The notes beneath the pieces are model-generated. The model made no database searches, had not been told where the DNA came from, and was given only the letters and a program-made list of their open reading frames with translations. Shown one piece after another: positions 1-13,630 of a DNA stretch of 64,000 bases (positions within the stretch are counted from its first letter, which is position 1; each line of letters begins with the position of its first letter). A program made the translations under genes and the position numbers. This DNA is from Thalia democratica (lineage: Eukaryota), in the NCBI GenBank assembly GCA_965202585.1, contig OZ241830.1, forward strand, positions 54,312,001 to 54,376,000. The letters run 5' to 3'.

Positions 1-3000
1 TAAGCTATAAAATATTTATCTTATTTAAAAGATTCAAATTAGCAATCTTTAAACAGCTGGTCAATTTAAGCTGTTTTGTAAAATTATTCAAAAAACTTTA
101 AAAAGCGAAAAATACACATATATAGAGGTTGAACATTCACAGTAATATATTAAATATATTAAATGTACAAGGGATATATACTATGAGAAGTTTAAACAGT
201 TATCTATCTGTACGCAAAAGAAATATTTATTTTATAGTAAATGAAAATAAAACTTTTAACACAAACACTCAACATGTTTTGAATTATTAAAGTAAGACTT
301 GTAATTAAAAAGTATTTGTCGTCGAAAATCATAAAAAGTAGTATTTGTTGTCTATTATATTTTTTTTGACATTGAAAATGTTTTGACTCAGAAGCTATAA
401 AATAATTTTAAATCAATCTGATTAAATTAGTTGTTAGTTAAGAGTTTAAAATGCATTCGCAAACAAAATTACTTAAAATTTTATAGATCTGTAGATTTTA
501 AATTTTTTAGTAACATTTCAAAATGAAAAATCTTTATTTTAACACTATTAACGGTCGCTAATATATAAAGAAGTCTTTAGATTTCACAACAACATAAAAC
601 AAAAACTTTTTTGATTTTAAGCATCCAAAAACAAAATCAAATCATAACTAGTAAAATTAAATGCCAATATACATTGTTTAGTGGTTTGCTTAAGTTTTCT
701 AAAATTATAATTTAAGATTGTCTCGACGCTATAATCAGGTTTTTATATTACTTTCATGTTAACATTAATTATTAAAGAAAATATTGTACACTATATATTG
801 GCTTTATATATATTAATTTTTAAGTCAAAAGTATATGTTTTTTTGATTGAAGTCTATAAAGTCTAAGTAGTAAACGTTTACAGTTTCATAACGGCGAAAT
901 TATGACTTTAAATCAGCTACAAAACTATGTTATTACTTTATTTAATAAATATGAACCACTAAATAGTTGTCAGTAGATAACTAACTTAAAAAAACACTAA
1001 AACTTTAAATATTAAAGCATTAGTTTTTCGTATTTGCACTTTGTTAAAAAAATTCGTTAAAAAACTTAACTAAGGTATTAAAAACTGGAATTTATTAAAT
1101 ATTAACGTTTTGAAAAAAATATATCAATACGTTGCTCGTAGTTTTTAATAACTTCGTTGAACCTAACTATTAAAAGATAGAAAAACTATAACATTTAGTT
1201 AATCTTTTTTTTATAACAAATTGTTTAGAAAAATAAATTTCAACATATTTTATAAGGTTTTACTGTGGCTTTATCATTATTTTAGTTACAAACATAGCTT
1301 TTAGATGCTTACTTATTTTGACTTTAAAAATTTAAATTAGCAAAATCAAATTTATAGTTTTAAAACAAAATTTTTTTTTTAATTTGTTACATGTATTAAA
1401 ACCGAAACATGCTTTTTAGTACATAATTTAATTTTTTTGTTAAATTTAAGTCAGATTACATTATAAAAATAAAATTAATGTTCTTTTCATTCTTAGATAT
1501 CTGTATAAGTTTTCAAAACCGTAATATAAGTTTTTTTTTGTACGAAACTTTTAGTTACAGTAATTATTATCTTAAAGCAGTTATATACTGTTTATTAAAA
1601 AACAAATATAGCGCTCAATAATTTGGTCAAAGATCTGGTGTACGAAAAAACCTTTTGTTTATCGAGTTATACACCAGGATACAGTGTAATGTCATGTCCA
1701 GGACAAAGATTACTTGTAGTTTAGTTAAAACATGATATAAAACACAATTATTTCGTCAATAAATAACGAAACGGCTTTCGAACAAAATTTTTGTTAAACT
1801 TTTTTAGTAACCTTTCTTAAAATACATCAAAAGAAATGGGTCTTGAATCAGAAAGGATCATTGTATAATCATTACACTAGGCTCAGACAATGATTTACTT
1901 CATCATTTCAATGCGCCATTTCAAGCTTCCTTGATTGCTAGATTACAGATGCCCGCCAAGCATCCAGCTGTGTGAAAACGAAATTTTTAGTATTTATAAC
2001 AACTTAGTTTCATATTTGTTTTATTTATCACTTGCTTTTAAAAAAGTTAGACTAAAAGATACAAAAGTTTAACATAAATTTCTATAGCTGTTTTAGAATT
2101 ATTCATTTAATATACGGTATTAATTTTAATTATTGAAAATTTTTTTTTTTTGGATGAGAAAAAAAAAGGTCTTATACTTTGCTTTGAAATCGATAAGATA
2201 CAATTTTAACATAATACTAAATGTACATAAAATTTTCGTTTAATGTTAATAAAACTAAAAATACGATCGAAAAATTGTACAAACACCGTTTAATATAGTC
2301 GTAAAATTACTAATCAGTCTGTGTTATAACATAATTAGAACAAAATACTTATTTGTTTATAGTAACTTTACTTTAACTATAGTAACTTTACTATAGTTTA
2401 TAAACTATAAAATTACAACGTTTATAGTACGTTGTCTAAGTATCATTGATTTTTTATACGTGTAAAGTATTGTTGCATAATCTTATTAATTTAAACTTTA
2501 AAAATATTCCTAATACTAGCTTTTAACAACTTAGTAAAAAAGACATGCAAAGAATTATTTAACGTTATCATTTAGTATTAAGTTTTGAATTAAAAAGTAA
2601 TCATTTCTAGTTATTTATACTACAGTTGTCCAAAATTTTCTGAACTTGATGTATTAAGTAATACTTAATGTTAAAATAACAACTGTAAATTTTATTAAAA
2701 TCTGTTTCTAAATTTAAGTTTAACATTATAAACATAAAAAAACCTATATTAAAATAAAAGTTATCAGACTTAATGTAGAAAATTTCTAAAATGTTTACTA
2801 TATAATTATTTCTATAAAAAAAGATTTTCTTAAATTTAAATATGAGAAAAATTGAGCTTTTACTTTAATTGTTCTGTTTATTACAGCTTTGAAATGTTTA
2901 CTAAAATAATGATTTAACAAACCGAAGATTTGAGAGGATTCAATACTAAGACTGTTAAACATTAGTAAATTAAAACTGTATTTATAATTTGACTTAAGTT

Positions 3001-6000
3001 TTTATACCGACCTTGTATATTCTAAGTTAACGAAACAACAAGTATTGCTTATTGAACGAACAAAAAAAAAACGCTAAAATATTTAGTCCTAAGACCTGGT
3101 GTACGATTGAACCTTTCGATTATTCAGTCGAACACTACTTTGAAACATTTTACGTCATTGTCAAGGATAATTAGGAAATCAAGTAAGCCGTATCCGGGGT
3201 TAGAACAAAACTGTCCATGATAAATTATGGTTTTCTTTTTCCTTTACGACTCTAAGCTATACAATACACATTGCGATATATATAAATTTGTTAAACGTCA
3301 GATATATATCTAATTAGTAAAATAAACTGGGTTAGAACACAGAAAAATAGAAATGAAACAGTAAGTATTGACGCTAAAGCGCCAACAGAAACTGAATTCA
3401 TTTGTTTTTATTTTGTGTATTGTAATAAATAAAAAAACGAGAAAGGCAGAAAAAAAAGAAGCAAGCTTACGGAAAGTTTAAAAGTGAATAATTTGTTAAT
3501 TTACTAAACTATTTTTACAAGAAGAATAACACTTTTTAGATAAAAAATTGTCATTTATTAAGTTAATAGTCCATTGTGTATACAGTTAAAAAACGTAAAA
3601 ATGATTCCATGTAGTGCAACGCTTTTGACAAAAACTACTTGCTATAATAGAATACTCGTTTTTCAAAAGTTAAAGTTTGTTATGCTTCGAAATTTTATCA
3701 AGCCTCATGTGATACGAGTTTTAGTAAACAAATATACTCAAGTTTTATACTTTTAGTTTTTAATATTAATAACATTTTAGCGTTGTGGTATCAAAGTAAT
3801 AAAGCTACTATTTTTCATTCATCTTGTTATATCAGATTGTAATGAACTCTTTCATATCGTTTTTTTTTAACTTTTATACTTTATATAAAAAATTTACCTA
3901 TTATTAGAATTTTAATGATACTTGATAAACTAATTAAATTATTTTTAAACTGTTTTAAAGTCCTAATTTTACGCTAATTAAAATTATTGAAAGTGCTAAC
4001 CAGATAAATGATAAAGGTTAGTTCCTTTTATAGATTTGTTAAAAGATTTCAAAAATGAACTGATTTAAAATGACATAAAAGATTTAAAGACTAATGTTTC
4101 TGAGATGAAGACAAAAATATAAAACATTGTCAAAGAAATTTTTCAAAGAAAAAAACAACTTTTTAAAATCTTTAAGAATATAAATGCAAACACTTGTACA
4201 CTAAAGAATAAAAATTCTAGCTCTCAGATATCATTAATTTTCAAGTTTATTTTTATGAGTTAAATGAAATAGTTTGTTTAATTATTAAATGTACTTCATA
4301 TTTTACTTTTTTTTGAAATACAAAGTTTCATAGTATTAAAATTTATCATACTACAGCTCAAAATGTTAAGTAAATAAATTGCGTGAACTGTGAAGCTGGG
4401 TTATCTAAAAGCCTTTCTAAATACCTGAGTCTTTTTACAATTTTTTGAGCTTTGATTTCTTTATTGTGTTCAATAAGCTATAATAACTAATTTATCTGCA
4501 AAAATAAACTATAAACACTTTTAGCATAAATTCTAGTAAGAAAAAGATTGATTTTTATTATAAAAGATTTTTGAACAAAGTTTTAAAAAATACTACTATG
4601 AATTTATTCTTTCAAGACTTTATTTTACAAACTAAGTTTCGGTCAAAGACCTCGCCAGTGCTTAAATAAACCTTATTCAAATAGAATATTACTATTTAAA
4701 ACGCTTAAATTCAATATACTTTTTCAAATCTACTTGTGATATTAAAACTAAACTAAAAATTTATATACAAAGATACTCTAAAAGTGTTTGTATTTGAAAC
4801 CTTTATTTATAACTTTTCTTTTAATGATTTCCTTTAAATTAAAGTTTTTTTTTTTTCTTATCTTTAATTTATAGAACAAAATGTTTTCATATATAAGAAT
4901 AAATTGTAGTTACGCACAATTTACTCATTTTTAAAAAGTATAATGGTTTATAAGTTATTTCATTTAGTTTTTCATAATAACTTACTAAATCAATAAAATA
5001 GTTTGAGTTTCTACAACAGAGTTCATAATAAAAAGTTAATCATATTGCTATTAAAGCTTTTAATTTAAAAAATTCATGTTTAAAAGTATATTACTCTAAA
5101 ACGTTTATGAATATATTTTTGACACAAAATATAAATTAACAAATATGATCTATTTAATGGATGTTGTAGAATTTTAACAAGTATTTAAATTGCAAATTAC
5201 GTCTTCATTTGGCATAAAGCTAAATAGTATTTGCGTGCATGAAACTCAATAAACTTAAGCTTTAAAACAAAATTTGATACATAAAACATTTTTTATAAAT
5301 TTATTATCTTGTAACGAAGTTTTTGTTTTTTAATAAACAAATAATAGCTTCTCAAATAGAGTAAATTTATGTTTCTATGATCCTTAAATTTTACTACTGA
5401 AAAACATTGTTGTTAACTGTTTTATTAATATTCACAATAAAATAACAATTCATGACAAACATTGTTCTGATATGTTTTACGTTGTCGTGCTTGTTTTAAT
5501 TTGCTACACAACTATTGTTTACATTGACTTGTATCTTTTAGTCTAATTTATTTAAGAATAAATTTGATAAACAAAACAAATATGAAACTAAGTTGTTATA
5601 AATACTGAAAACTTTGCTTTCATACAGCTGGATGCTTGGCGGGCATCTGTAATCTAGCAATCAAGGAAGCTTTAAATGGCGGATTGAAATGATGAAGTAA
5701 ATCAATCTAGTGTAATGATTATACAATGATCCTTTCTGATTCAAAACTCATTTTTTATGTTTTTTTAATTACAAAATAAAAAGAACTCAAGAAAGTTATT
5801 GTCAATTTTCATAATAAATAAAAATTGAGAGTTATTTTAATCTGCAAATTTGTAACTTTTTTCTTTTTTCATACTTACTAGACTATAACAACATCAAATC
5901 TAATCTTAGAAGACCTTTATTTTAAAAGGTTGTTTTAAAACCGTTTTGTTATTATCTTTAACCGAAAGGTTTTTTCTTACTCCAGGTCCTTTTCCCAAAC

Positions 6001-6165
6001 TTTTCGAGCGCTTTTTTTGTCGTTCAATAAAGTATTGTAACTATTATTAATCGACGAAATATTTGTCTCTTATTTAATGTGTAAGCTTCACTACAAGTAA
6101 ATTTTAAATGTAATGCTTACTATAAATCCATTTACGTAACAACAAAAATTTTAAGATTTAGTATT
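1..6165 (+). repeat. Copy A of a ~6 kb direct segmental duplication (partner 43587-50500)
   Basis: Window start taagctataaaatatttatcttatttaaaagattc recurs at 43587. Colinear similarity runs to ...aacaacaaaaattttaa.atttagtatt (6165/50500). The short ORF at 3574-3756 is identical to 46904-47086. Confidence 0.95.
4627..4661 (-). ncRNA. Type I hammerhead-like motif with core mutation (CTGGCGA instead of CTGACGA)
   Basis: Minus strand reads gca CTGGCGA GGTC ttt GACC GAAAC tta GTT tgt. It is the paralogue of the core-intact copy at 49354-49388. Confidence 0.65.
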
Positions 6166-8419
6166 AAGTACATTTAATAGTCTAATAATAGGTACACTGT
6201 TGCCTACTAATTAGCTGACATACTTTTATAACTTAAATCTTAAAATTAGTATTTTTTTCAACTTAAAGCAATCAAACTATATGTGTGTGCTTGTTTATGT
6301 TGAACGAAATAGAAATGCACTTATTTAAGTAAACAGCGAACATAATTATAAAAATATCCGCAAAAAAACACAATTAAAATAAGAAACATAATTATATTGA
6401 AACAAGATTTTAACATTTAACAAGAAGCTTAATCATTATTTTTCCTCGTCAGTATCAGAAACGGACACCTTTTTCCTTTTCATCGCAAGCTTAAAAAAAT
6501 TTAAAATACAGTTTAACATTTAACAATTTTTTGTTGTCATATTACATAAATAGCCATATAATCTAGTTAAAGTTTGTTGTTATTTTTATTTTGTAAATAT
6601 TTCATTATTATCTGTTAACTCATTTACTTAAGTAATGTTTCAAAACTTGCAACTACTAATATAAAGTTAATTAAAAATAAAAACAAGAACTAAGTGCAAA
6701 AAACAAAAGAAACAGCATTAAGTATGAATATTTATAAGTTTATATAACTTACAACTCGTATTGTATTTATAGTTTTATTTTTGATAATCTTATGATATAT
6801 ACTTCGTTTGTTTACAGTGTTTTGCTCAAAAAATAGAATTTATGAAAAAGAAGTCAACAAAGCTTAAAGTGTATAATGTATAGATGACATAAACCTAAAA
6901 AACAAACTAACCAACAAAAGGTAATAACACTTAATCATAAAGTCTTATAACAAAATAGAAATATTAGATTACTTAAATTTAAAATACTTGTATGGTTTTA
7001 TCATTCTAAATCCAAACTATTAACTATAATTAAATAAAAGAATTATACCTAACTAAATGATAATTATTATAACTGTTCAAAAATAAAGGTTTAATCGTTT
7101 GCTAACAAAAGATCTTAGTGAAGTAATTTTACTGGAATATGAATAAAAACAAATTGTACAGTAATCTTCCTTTATTGTACCAACATATGTTTCTGTGTGT
7201 TAACGAATCAACACACTTCAACTAGGTTCTGTAAAAAAAAATTACAGTAATGAAAGAATAGAAGCATAGAATAAAGTAGGTGCATACATGTTTTCATTAA
7301 AATAAAATATTTTCTACGGATAATAGTAAATAATAGGTAAAATACTTATTATTAAATCCGACTGTTATAAAACTATATGATATTTGTGATTATTAAGTCT
7401 AAAATAAGTAAAGTAAGTTAAATTACACAACAAAACAACGAATCATAGTATAAACAAACAACTCACCTTAATGGGAAAGATAACTGTTTCAAATTTTACT
7501 GTTGTTAACTAATGAAAAAAATACATTCATTACAACTAATAATTACGTCACGATATAAATGAGGTTATTTCAACTATTTAATTTGTATTGCAAAGTATAT
7601 TAATTTAGTTTTTATGTTTGTAATCTATTTTGAACAAAAAATAAAACGTTAACCATAAGTTAGTTTATAAATAAATTTAATAAAACTTAACAACGGTGAA
7701 GGCAATAAAAGTCACAGAAACTCGATGTAACATGTATATTATATATTGAATGTTTGTAATGATTGAATCAAAGTTATATACAATTAGGAAGCAGATTTAG
7801 TTCAAATGTAAAAATAAAAAAAAAAAAAAAAAAACTTTAAGAAAACAAAACACAAAAAAAAAAAATTGTTTTTGAGCGTACAATGTACTGACCGATAATT
7901 ATTTTACAGCGACATACATAAAACAACAATGACTTAAATTTAATATATATTGTATTAATAATTATTAAAATAATTAATTGGTAAAGTAGCAGTCGGCTGT
8001 TTAATTTAAATATTCCATACAGATATTTTAAATATTTAATAAGTAAATTGTGTTATATATGAAAGCTAAAATGTAAAACAACAAGGTAGTCATATGCTAA
8101 GTATAAACCTGCAGCAAAAAAACCTACTAGCTCTCTTGGGCGTAGTAGGTAAAAAAGCACGGTTTATCTGTGATTTGAATACAGGCTTCCAATTAAACTT
8201 GGAACTTAACAATAAAGGTGTGAAGAATTATAGTCGGAAGGTAAAGTGAATATATAAAATTTCGGAAAATAGAAAGTTACTTGTGTGAAATAGATATAAA
8301 TAATAAATGAATAAAACTATATGTTACTTAGGATATATAATTATATTAATATATGTTAAGTGAATATGTGTGTGTATGTGGAAGGTGAATGAAAAATATG
8401 AAAGGTGAGAAGGCGCTAA

Positions 8420-8930
8420 GGTGTTATTTGAAGAAGAACCGTCGGTTGTGTACACAGTTGTTTGAAATATCACGTCTTTTATTCAGTAATTGTTTACTAT
8501 CTTCTGCTAAAATTGCCATTCGTTCAAGGTTGCATATTTGGCAGATCTTGCTCGCGCTACTGATGTTATTGTTGCGTGGTGAAGGATGCTCCATTCCATT
8601 TCTGGTTTGGTTCCATACCTATCAAAATACTGCCAAACGAAATCTGACAATCTTGTGCTACTCTTTTTATTTACATGCTTAAAAGTATACTTATGCCCGG
8701 TGTACCTATCTTTAAAGTGACCTCCTGTCGAACCAATATACACTTTATCCTTATTATTATCATTAACATTATTATTAATTGTGTTATTATCTTCACTAAG
8801 CTTACATTTAACACGCACCTTATACACAACATTTTAAATTAAGCAGTTACCATGTAATGGACAGTTTATTTTATTCGACTTACGACAGTTAACATTTTTA
8901 CCTACATTGTTCTTGATTTTAAAACTACAT
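8420..8930 (-). mobile_element. Penelope-like element remnant, GIY-YIG endonuclease end
   Basis: Minus-strand translation NCRKSNKINCPLHGNCLI*NVVYKVRV...VYIGSTGGHFKDRYTGHK...STRLSDFVW...MEWSI shows a Cys-rich linker plus GIY-YIG, with stops/frameshift. Closely similar to the ORF at 22356-22970. Confidence 0.9.
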
Positions 8931-9982
8931 TTAATTACTTCATTGTTATAAGTATTACTAATTGTTATAATAGTAATTTTAACAATTATGATAATAATAA
9001 TTATTATTATAATTATAATAATAATAACTGTAGTAACCAGAAAAATATCAATTTTTTGCCTAAATTGTAAAACTCATGGTTTCCAGGCATTTTGGGCACT
9101 CTGTACTTGTAAGTTAGTTTAAACATAATATGTAAACCTAATAACTATTCTCATATAATTAGTTATTTATAAACTTTTAAAGCATTTATTTTAGATACTG
9201 TTTTTGTGGCAAGGAATATGATATTCATTTAACGAATTTATAATTGATAGTTTAAAATAGAATCCAAAATACTATAAGGAAGAAAAAAAAAAAGTTTATT
9301 AGATTGGTCTTTTAGTTAGACTTTACAGTTGTTTTACTCGTTATTAGAAAGAAAATGTATAAAGTAAAAAAATTCTTTGTTAAAAAATAAAGTTGATATT
9401 CAATCACCTTGAAAAACTTTTTTATATAAATAATTTATAAAAAAAACCTCAACAGCTATATCACTTTTTTCTATATTCTTTCTTTTCTTCTTCTTTTTTT
9501 TCTAAATATTTATTAAATTTTTAATATAGTTAATTTCAAATATATTTTGGCTAGAATTTTTCTTAAAATATGTATTTGGTAAAATTAATAATAATGGTTC
9601 AAGAAATTAGACCAAAACGGTCTGTTTTAACTTAGTGGGCTTAATGAAAGTTTTTGATTAACGTTATCTATATATACCATGCTTAATAACAATATTTTTT
9701 TTTAAAAGCCTCAGATTACAAGTTTTTACTATTTAAACAAATATTTTTGATATCTAAACAAAAAACCTACTATTGAAGTTACTTACTTCAATACAAAAAA
9801 AGATATATAAATGTTGTATTTTAAACTTCTTTTAATTAAGGTCCAATTAGTAATATAACTAGTATATTAATTTTTTAACCATTCTTTGAAGGGCTCGATT
9901 CTTTATAAACTAATCATTACGATAATAAAGTTAAGGACAACATACATATTAAAATGATTTATTTTTAATTATCATTGTATTA

Positions 9983-10790
9983 AAATACTTGATCTTTTTT
10001 AATTTTAGTTTTTTTATTATAAAAAGAAATTAATATGTTAAAAAAATGTACTTAGCTCTCCAATTCAGCAGTAGTAGTTAAAGCAGAGTTTCTAATTCAT
10101 TTCTGATATTTTTTAAAAATTGTTAAAAAATTTAAATTTGAAAAGACTCTAGTTATTATTAATTAGCTCTAATTTCAGAGAATTACATAGTTAACTTATG
10201 GCCATAGAAGAAAAAAACATATTTTATATATTTAAATCTAATACACCGGTTTGTATTGACTCTGTTTTGGAATTTAAAATAATTTTTGAATACATGCGAC
10301 AAAAAATAGACAGTTCAATAGGTTTTTAATTCAAGGCAAATGCTGAAATGGCTAATTTATAGTGTTTAAATTAAAGCTGACAAAGTTTCTGTAAGAAATA
10401 TTCTTTTACGACTCCAGAAGCTGGCTGAAAGAGTACACCCTGAGTATCAATGTAGAATTAGGTCTAAAAAATCTACCACCGATATGGTATTCTCTGTATG
10501 CCAGATACACGAGAAATGTGCTAAACAGAACATGCCTTTATAAAAATTTTGTATACCTTGGCTCAAATGTTGCGTCAAACGCATCATTTGGCACAGAAAT
10601 AAATAGTCGCATTGGTAAGGCCACAGAAAATTCGCTTGTTTGACTGCAAGAGTTTGGGATAACCAAAACTTAAGCATTCGCACAAAGGCTAGCGTTAAAT
10701 GTTCCTGTGTATCAGTACTCTGCTATACGGTAGTGAAACACTGACGTTGTCTTGCGTGCAAGAGAAGAAAATTAATACCTTTCATCTGAT
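9983..10790 (+). repeat. ~0.8 kb dispersed duplicate (AT-rich 5' part plus deleted RTE fragment); partner 14838-15662
   Basis: Colinear similarity, e.g. aatgtacttagctctccaattcagc and ctccagaagctggctgaaagagta in both copies. Confidence 0.9.
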
Positions 10791-11130
10791 GCCTTTGTCG
10801 CAACTTTATAGTTGCATGGTAACAAATATCATTTACGATGAAGTGTTGAGACGTACCATCATGTACTTTACCCTCAGTCAGCGCAGGCTTCGCTGGCTTG
10901 GTCAGATTCTGAGGATGGATTCTGAGCGAATCCCAAAGTCTCTGTTATATGGCGAGTTGGTCGTTGGTAAACGCAACCGAGGTCATCCAAAATTACGATT
11001 TTAAGATTATGCAAGTTCCACCTAAAAGGCCTGAATATAGGAATTGATGAGTTAAAGTTGTTTGCAAATGACCGCGCCAAATGGAGATCTACTGTACACA
11101 AAAGACTGAAAGGATATCATAAACATATAA
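10410..11130 (+). mobile_element. RTE-clade non-LTR retrotransposon fragment, internally deleted and frameshifted
   Basis: LQKLAERVHPEYQC...STTDMVFS..QIHEKC is joined directly to FVYLGS...EINSRIGKA...STLLYGSE...QRRLRWLGQILRMDSERIPKSLLYGELVVGKRNRGHPKLRF. These are typical RTE RT/thumb motifs. Confidence 0.88.
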
Positions 11131-11396
11131 TAAAGCTAATATGTTTATAGTCAAGTTTCCAAGGGTTATTTATACTAGAATGCGTAAAACATAAATGGAT
11201 TTATTTAAGTTTTATAAACAGAGGCTAGTAAAAGTAATCTATTTGAGTAAGTGACTGAAACGCAGGAAGGTTTACTCGTATAAAAGCAATAATATACTAT
11301 ACAAAACTAAAAAGTCGAATTTTAGTACATATTAACGTTATTTCTTTTTCTCAAGTTTAAAACTAATAAAACAAATAAATTAAATCAAAAACATAC

Positions 11397-11587
11397 CAAT
11401 TCCACGGACTCAACGTTGCTGGTTTTGTCGGTGGCTCCGCTCGACGCACGCCCCCTTCCCCGCTTCTGCTTGTTGATGGTTGACAGCACCGCCGTCTCAC
11501 CTTCTCCTTGCCCTTCTTCTTTTCCAGCTGCACTGGGTACGAGAAGGTGGACGGTTTCGCGTTTGAACGGTACTCGATATTCGGCAT
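11397..11587 (-). pseudogene. PSMD1: Isolated exon of 26S proteasome regulatory subunit RPN2/PSMD1-like gene with a 1-nt frameshift
   Basis: Acceptor ttttcag|ATG and donor |gtatgt. Translates MPNIEYRSNAKPSTFSYPVQLEKKKGKEKV then, after a shift, TAVLSTINKQKR, matching the recalled PSMD1 C-terminal motif MPKVQYKSNCKPSTFAYP...KEKVSTAVLS. Length is 191 nt (192 if one base is restored). Confidence 0.8.
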
Positions 11588-12102
11588 CTGAAAATTATTA
11601 CAAGATACAGTATTTGTAAGATTACTTCAGCTTTTTAACTGGTACAAAAAATTAAAATAACTTTACTTTTCGAAAAACTAAACACTTTCGTTATGTAAAA
11701 AACTAACTTGTATTTTTTTGGTATTTGATATTTACGATTTTTCTTTTCTATTTTATAGAATTTTGCATAATCTATTTTTAATGAACATGTAAAACTTTTG
11801 AAATTTTAAGGTTTTTTGGTGATTTTTGTTCGAGACTTCAGGTATTTTCCAAACTTTCTCGAATTACAGGTATTTCCAGGATTACAGGGTTTTTGGACTT
11901 CAAAAAATTATAAAACCTGTAGCAGTGCTTCCACTGTAGCGAATAAGCATTGCTAATACTTAAAGTTAAAAGAAGTATAAATACTAAACTTAACAGCGGA
12001 AATATGTAACAAAATATCGCGTTTCATTTTGGGCCGGCTGCAATTGTAAGTTTTGGAAATGTTTTCTTTCATAACATTTTACAATTTTATGCAAATAAGG
12101 TA

Positions 12103-12738
12103 AATTAATAATACTTTATTATTTTTGAGAATAAACAATTACTCAGTTTCACCGCAGAGCGAATTTTCAAATTGAAAATTTGTGGTAAAATAATAATGGT
12201 AAAAATGAAAAATAATTAAAAATTGGTCTAACCCTCATTCTATTTTTTACTTATCAAATATTTTTCACAAAAAGCCATTATATTCTTTGTCATCATAATA
12301 TAACTGTGCTTATAACAACAATGCTTTCATAAATTTTCTAATGTTTAATCACTGGTTTTATTTCAACATTATTACATTAAAATTTGTTATTAGAACTATG
12401 TGCTTAATAATATGTATCTACTACTCCATAACTTCTAACTCTGTAAAGGTTTTATCTTTTTTAAATCCATTACATATCAATACCCCACTGTATACCATGT
12501 TTTAATTGTATTTGTTTATGGAGTATAATTTAATAGTTTCAAAATTAAAGGTTGTTTAGCATCAATATAACTTTCAATTTATTTATTAATTTTTTTTGTA
12601 TGAAAACTTAACTCAAACCAATTTTTAATTATTTGTCATTCTTACCATTATTATTTTACCACAGATTTACAATTTAAAAATCCGCTCTGCGGTGAAACTG
12701 AGTAATTGTTTATTCTCAAAAATAATAAATTATTAATT
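12103..12738. mobile_element. MITE with ~130-bp terminal inverted repeats
   Basis: ttatttttgagaataaacaattactcagtttcaccgcagagcg... at ~12117 is the reverse complement of ...cgctctgcggtgaaactgagtaattgtttattctcaaaaataa at ~12683-12725. No internal ORF. Confidence 0.85.
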
Positions 12739-12889
12739 ATCAACCTCCTATTAGTGGATAGATTACTGTGTCCTAAAAATTTGTTTTAAACTCTCTAGCT
12801 AAATTAATAAAACAACAGAATATTAAAAACATTTTTACCCTTATCACTAACATACCTTATCCAAAAGTTTTAATTTATACCTTAACCAA

Positions 12890-13630
12890 TCTTACCCATG
12901 TCTTTCTCGCTGTGGGGCTACTTGGCCTATAGTAGCCTGTTTATGCGATGAAGAGTAATTCGGGTCAATAGGACGTTTGGATACGCCCGCTTTTTCTAAC
13001 CTCTTGCTCTTACGAGCCTTGATTTCTGTGGTCTCGCCAAAAGCGGCTTGCATGTTCTCTTTGGAGAACATGCCGTCATTATAACTAAACTTAGGTTTAC
13101 TGCGATTACTTGTACTCATAGTGCTATTCTGAGGGAGTTGCTAGTATATCTATTGTATTTTATTAACTAGCCAGAGGAACGTGTCTAACTATGGCCAACG
13201 ACAAATTTAGTAAGTTACGTTAGTTTATGATTACGTTAAGTATGTTAAGCGATAATGAAGCTGCTAGCGATTTTATTTAAGTCTAAACAACTATACTTAA
13301 GTTATTAAATCTTATGTGAAACTAAGTGTACAACTGAGTTTAATAAAATGTTAGCAATCTTTAAAGCAACTTGTTTTATTCAAAACTATGTAAACAAATA
13401 CAATATTTTACACTAAACAAATTCAACTGTACAGTTTATATTAGAGAAACAGAAATAACATGCAAAAGATAAAACAATACTCACGATTACAAAAGATCAC
13501 TCACGAAAGGCTGCTGCAACTGACTGAACGTCATGCTAAAGCAGTTCGAGAAGTAAACAAGCGATAAAAAAGTCCCTAATTTGAGAAAACTCTCTAGCGC
13601 CCTTTTTTATTTAAACGCGAAAGCGTTACA
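12890..13630 (-). mobile_element. Possible LTR plus leader and start of a gag-like ORF (truncated)
   Basis: Minus strand begins TGTAAC at 13630, with a GC-richer LTR-like stretch and then a 75-aa basic ORF (12892-13119). No PBS, second LTR or pol motif recognised. Confidence 0.3.

Noticed and set aside
1676-1690. ggatacagtg as a CAC-type (Transib/Chapaev) transposon end
   Set aside because: Similarity to the copy at 50566 continues past this point and that copy lacks CACTG, so it is not a demonstrated terminus.
3574-3756. 60-aa ORF identical at 46904-47086
   Set aside because: Explained by the segmental duplication; non-ATG start and no recognisable motif.
6400-6500. Minus-strand exon-like LAMKRKKVSVSDTDEEK** as a further PSMD1 exon
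   Set aside because: It does not match the PSMD1 C-terminal sequence I recall and is too short to assign.
7690-7735. gtgaaggc...gaaactcgatgt as a hammerhead remnant
   Set aside because: Too degenerate, and on the opposite strand to the neighbouring PLE.
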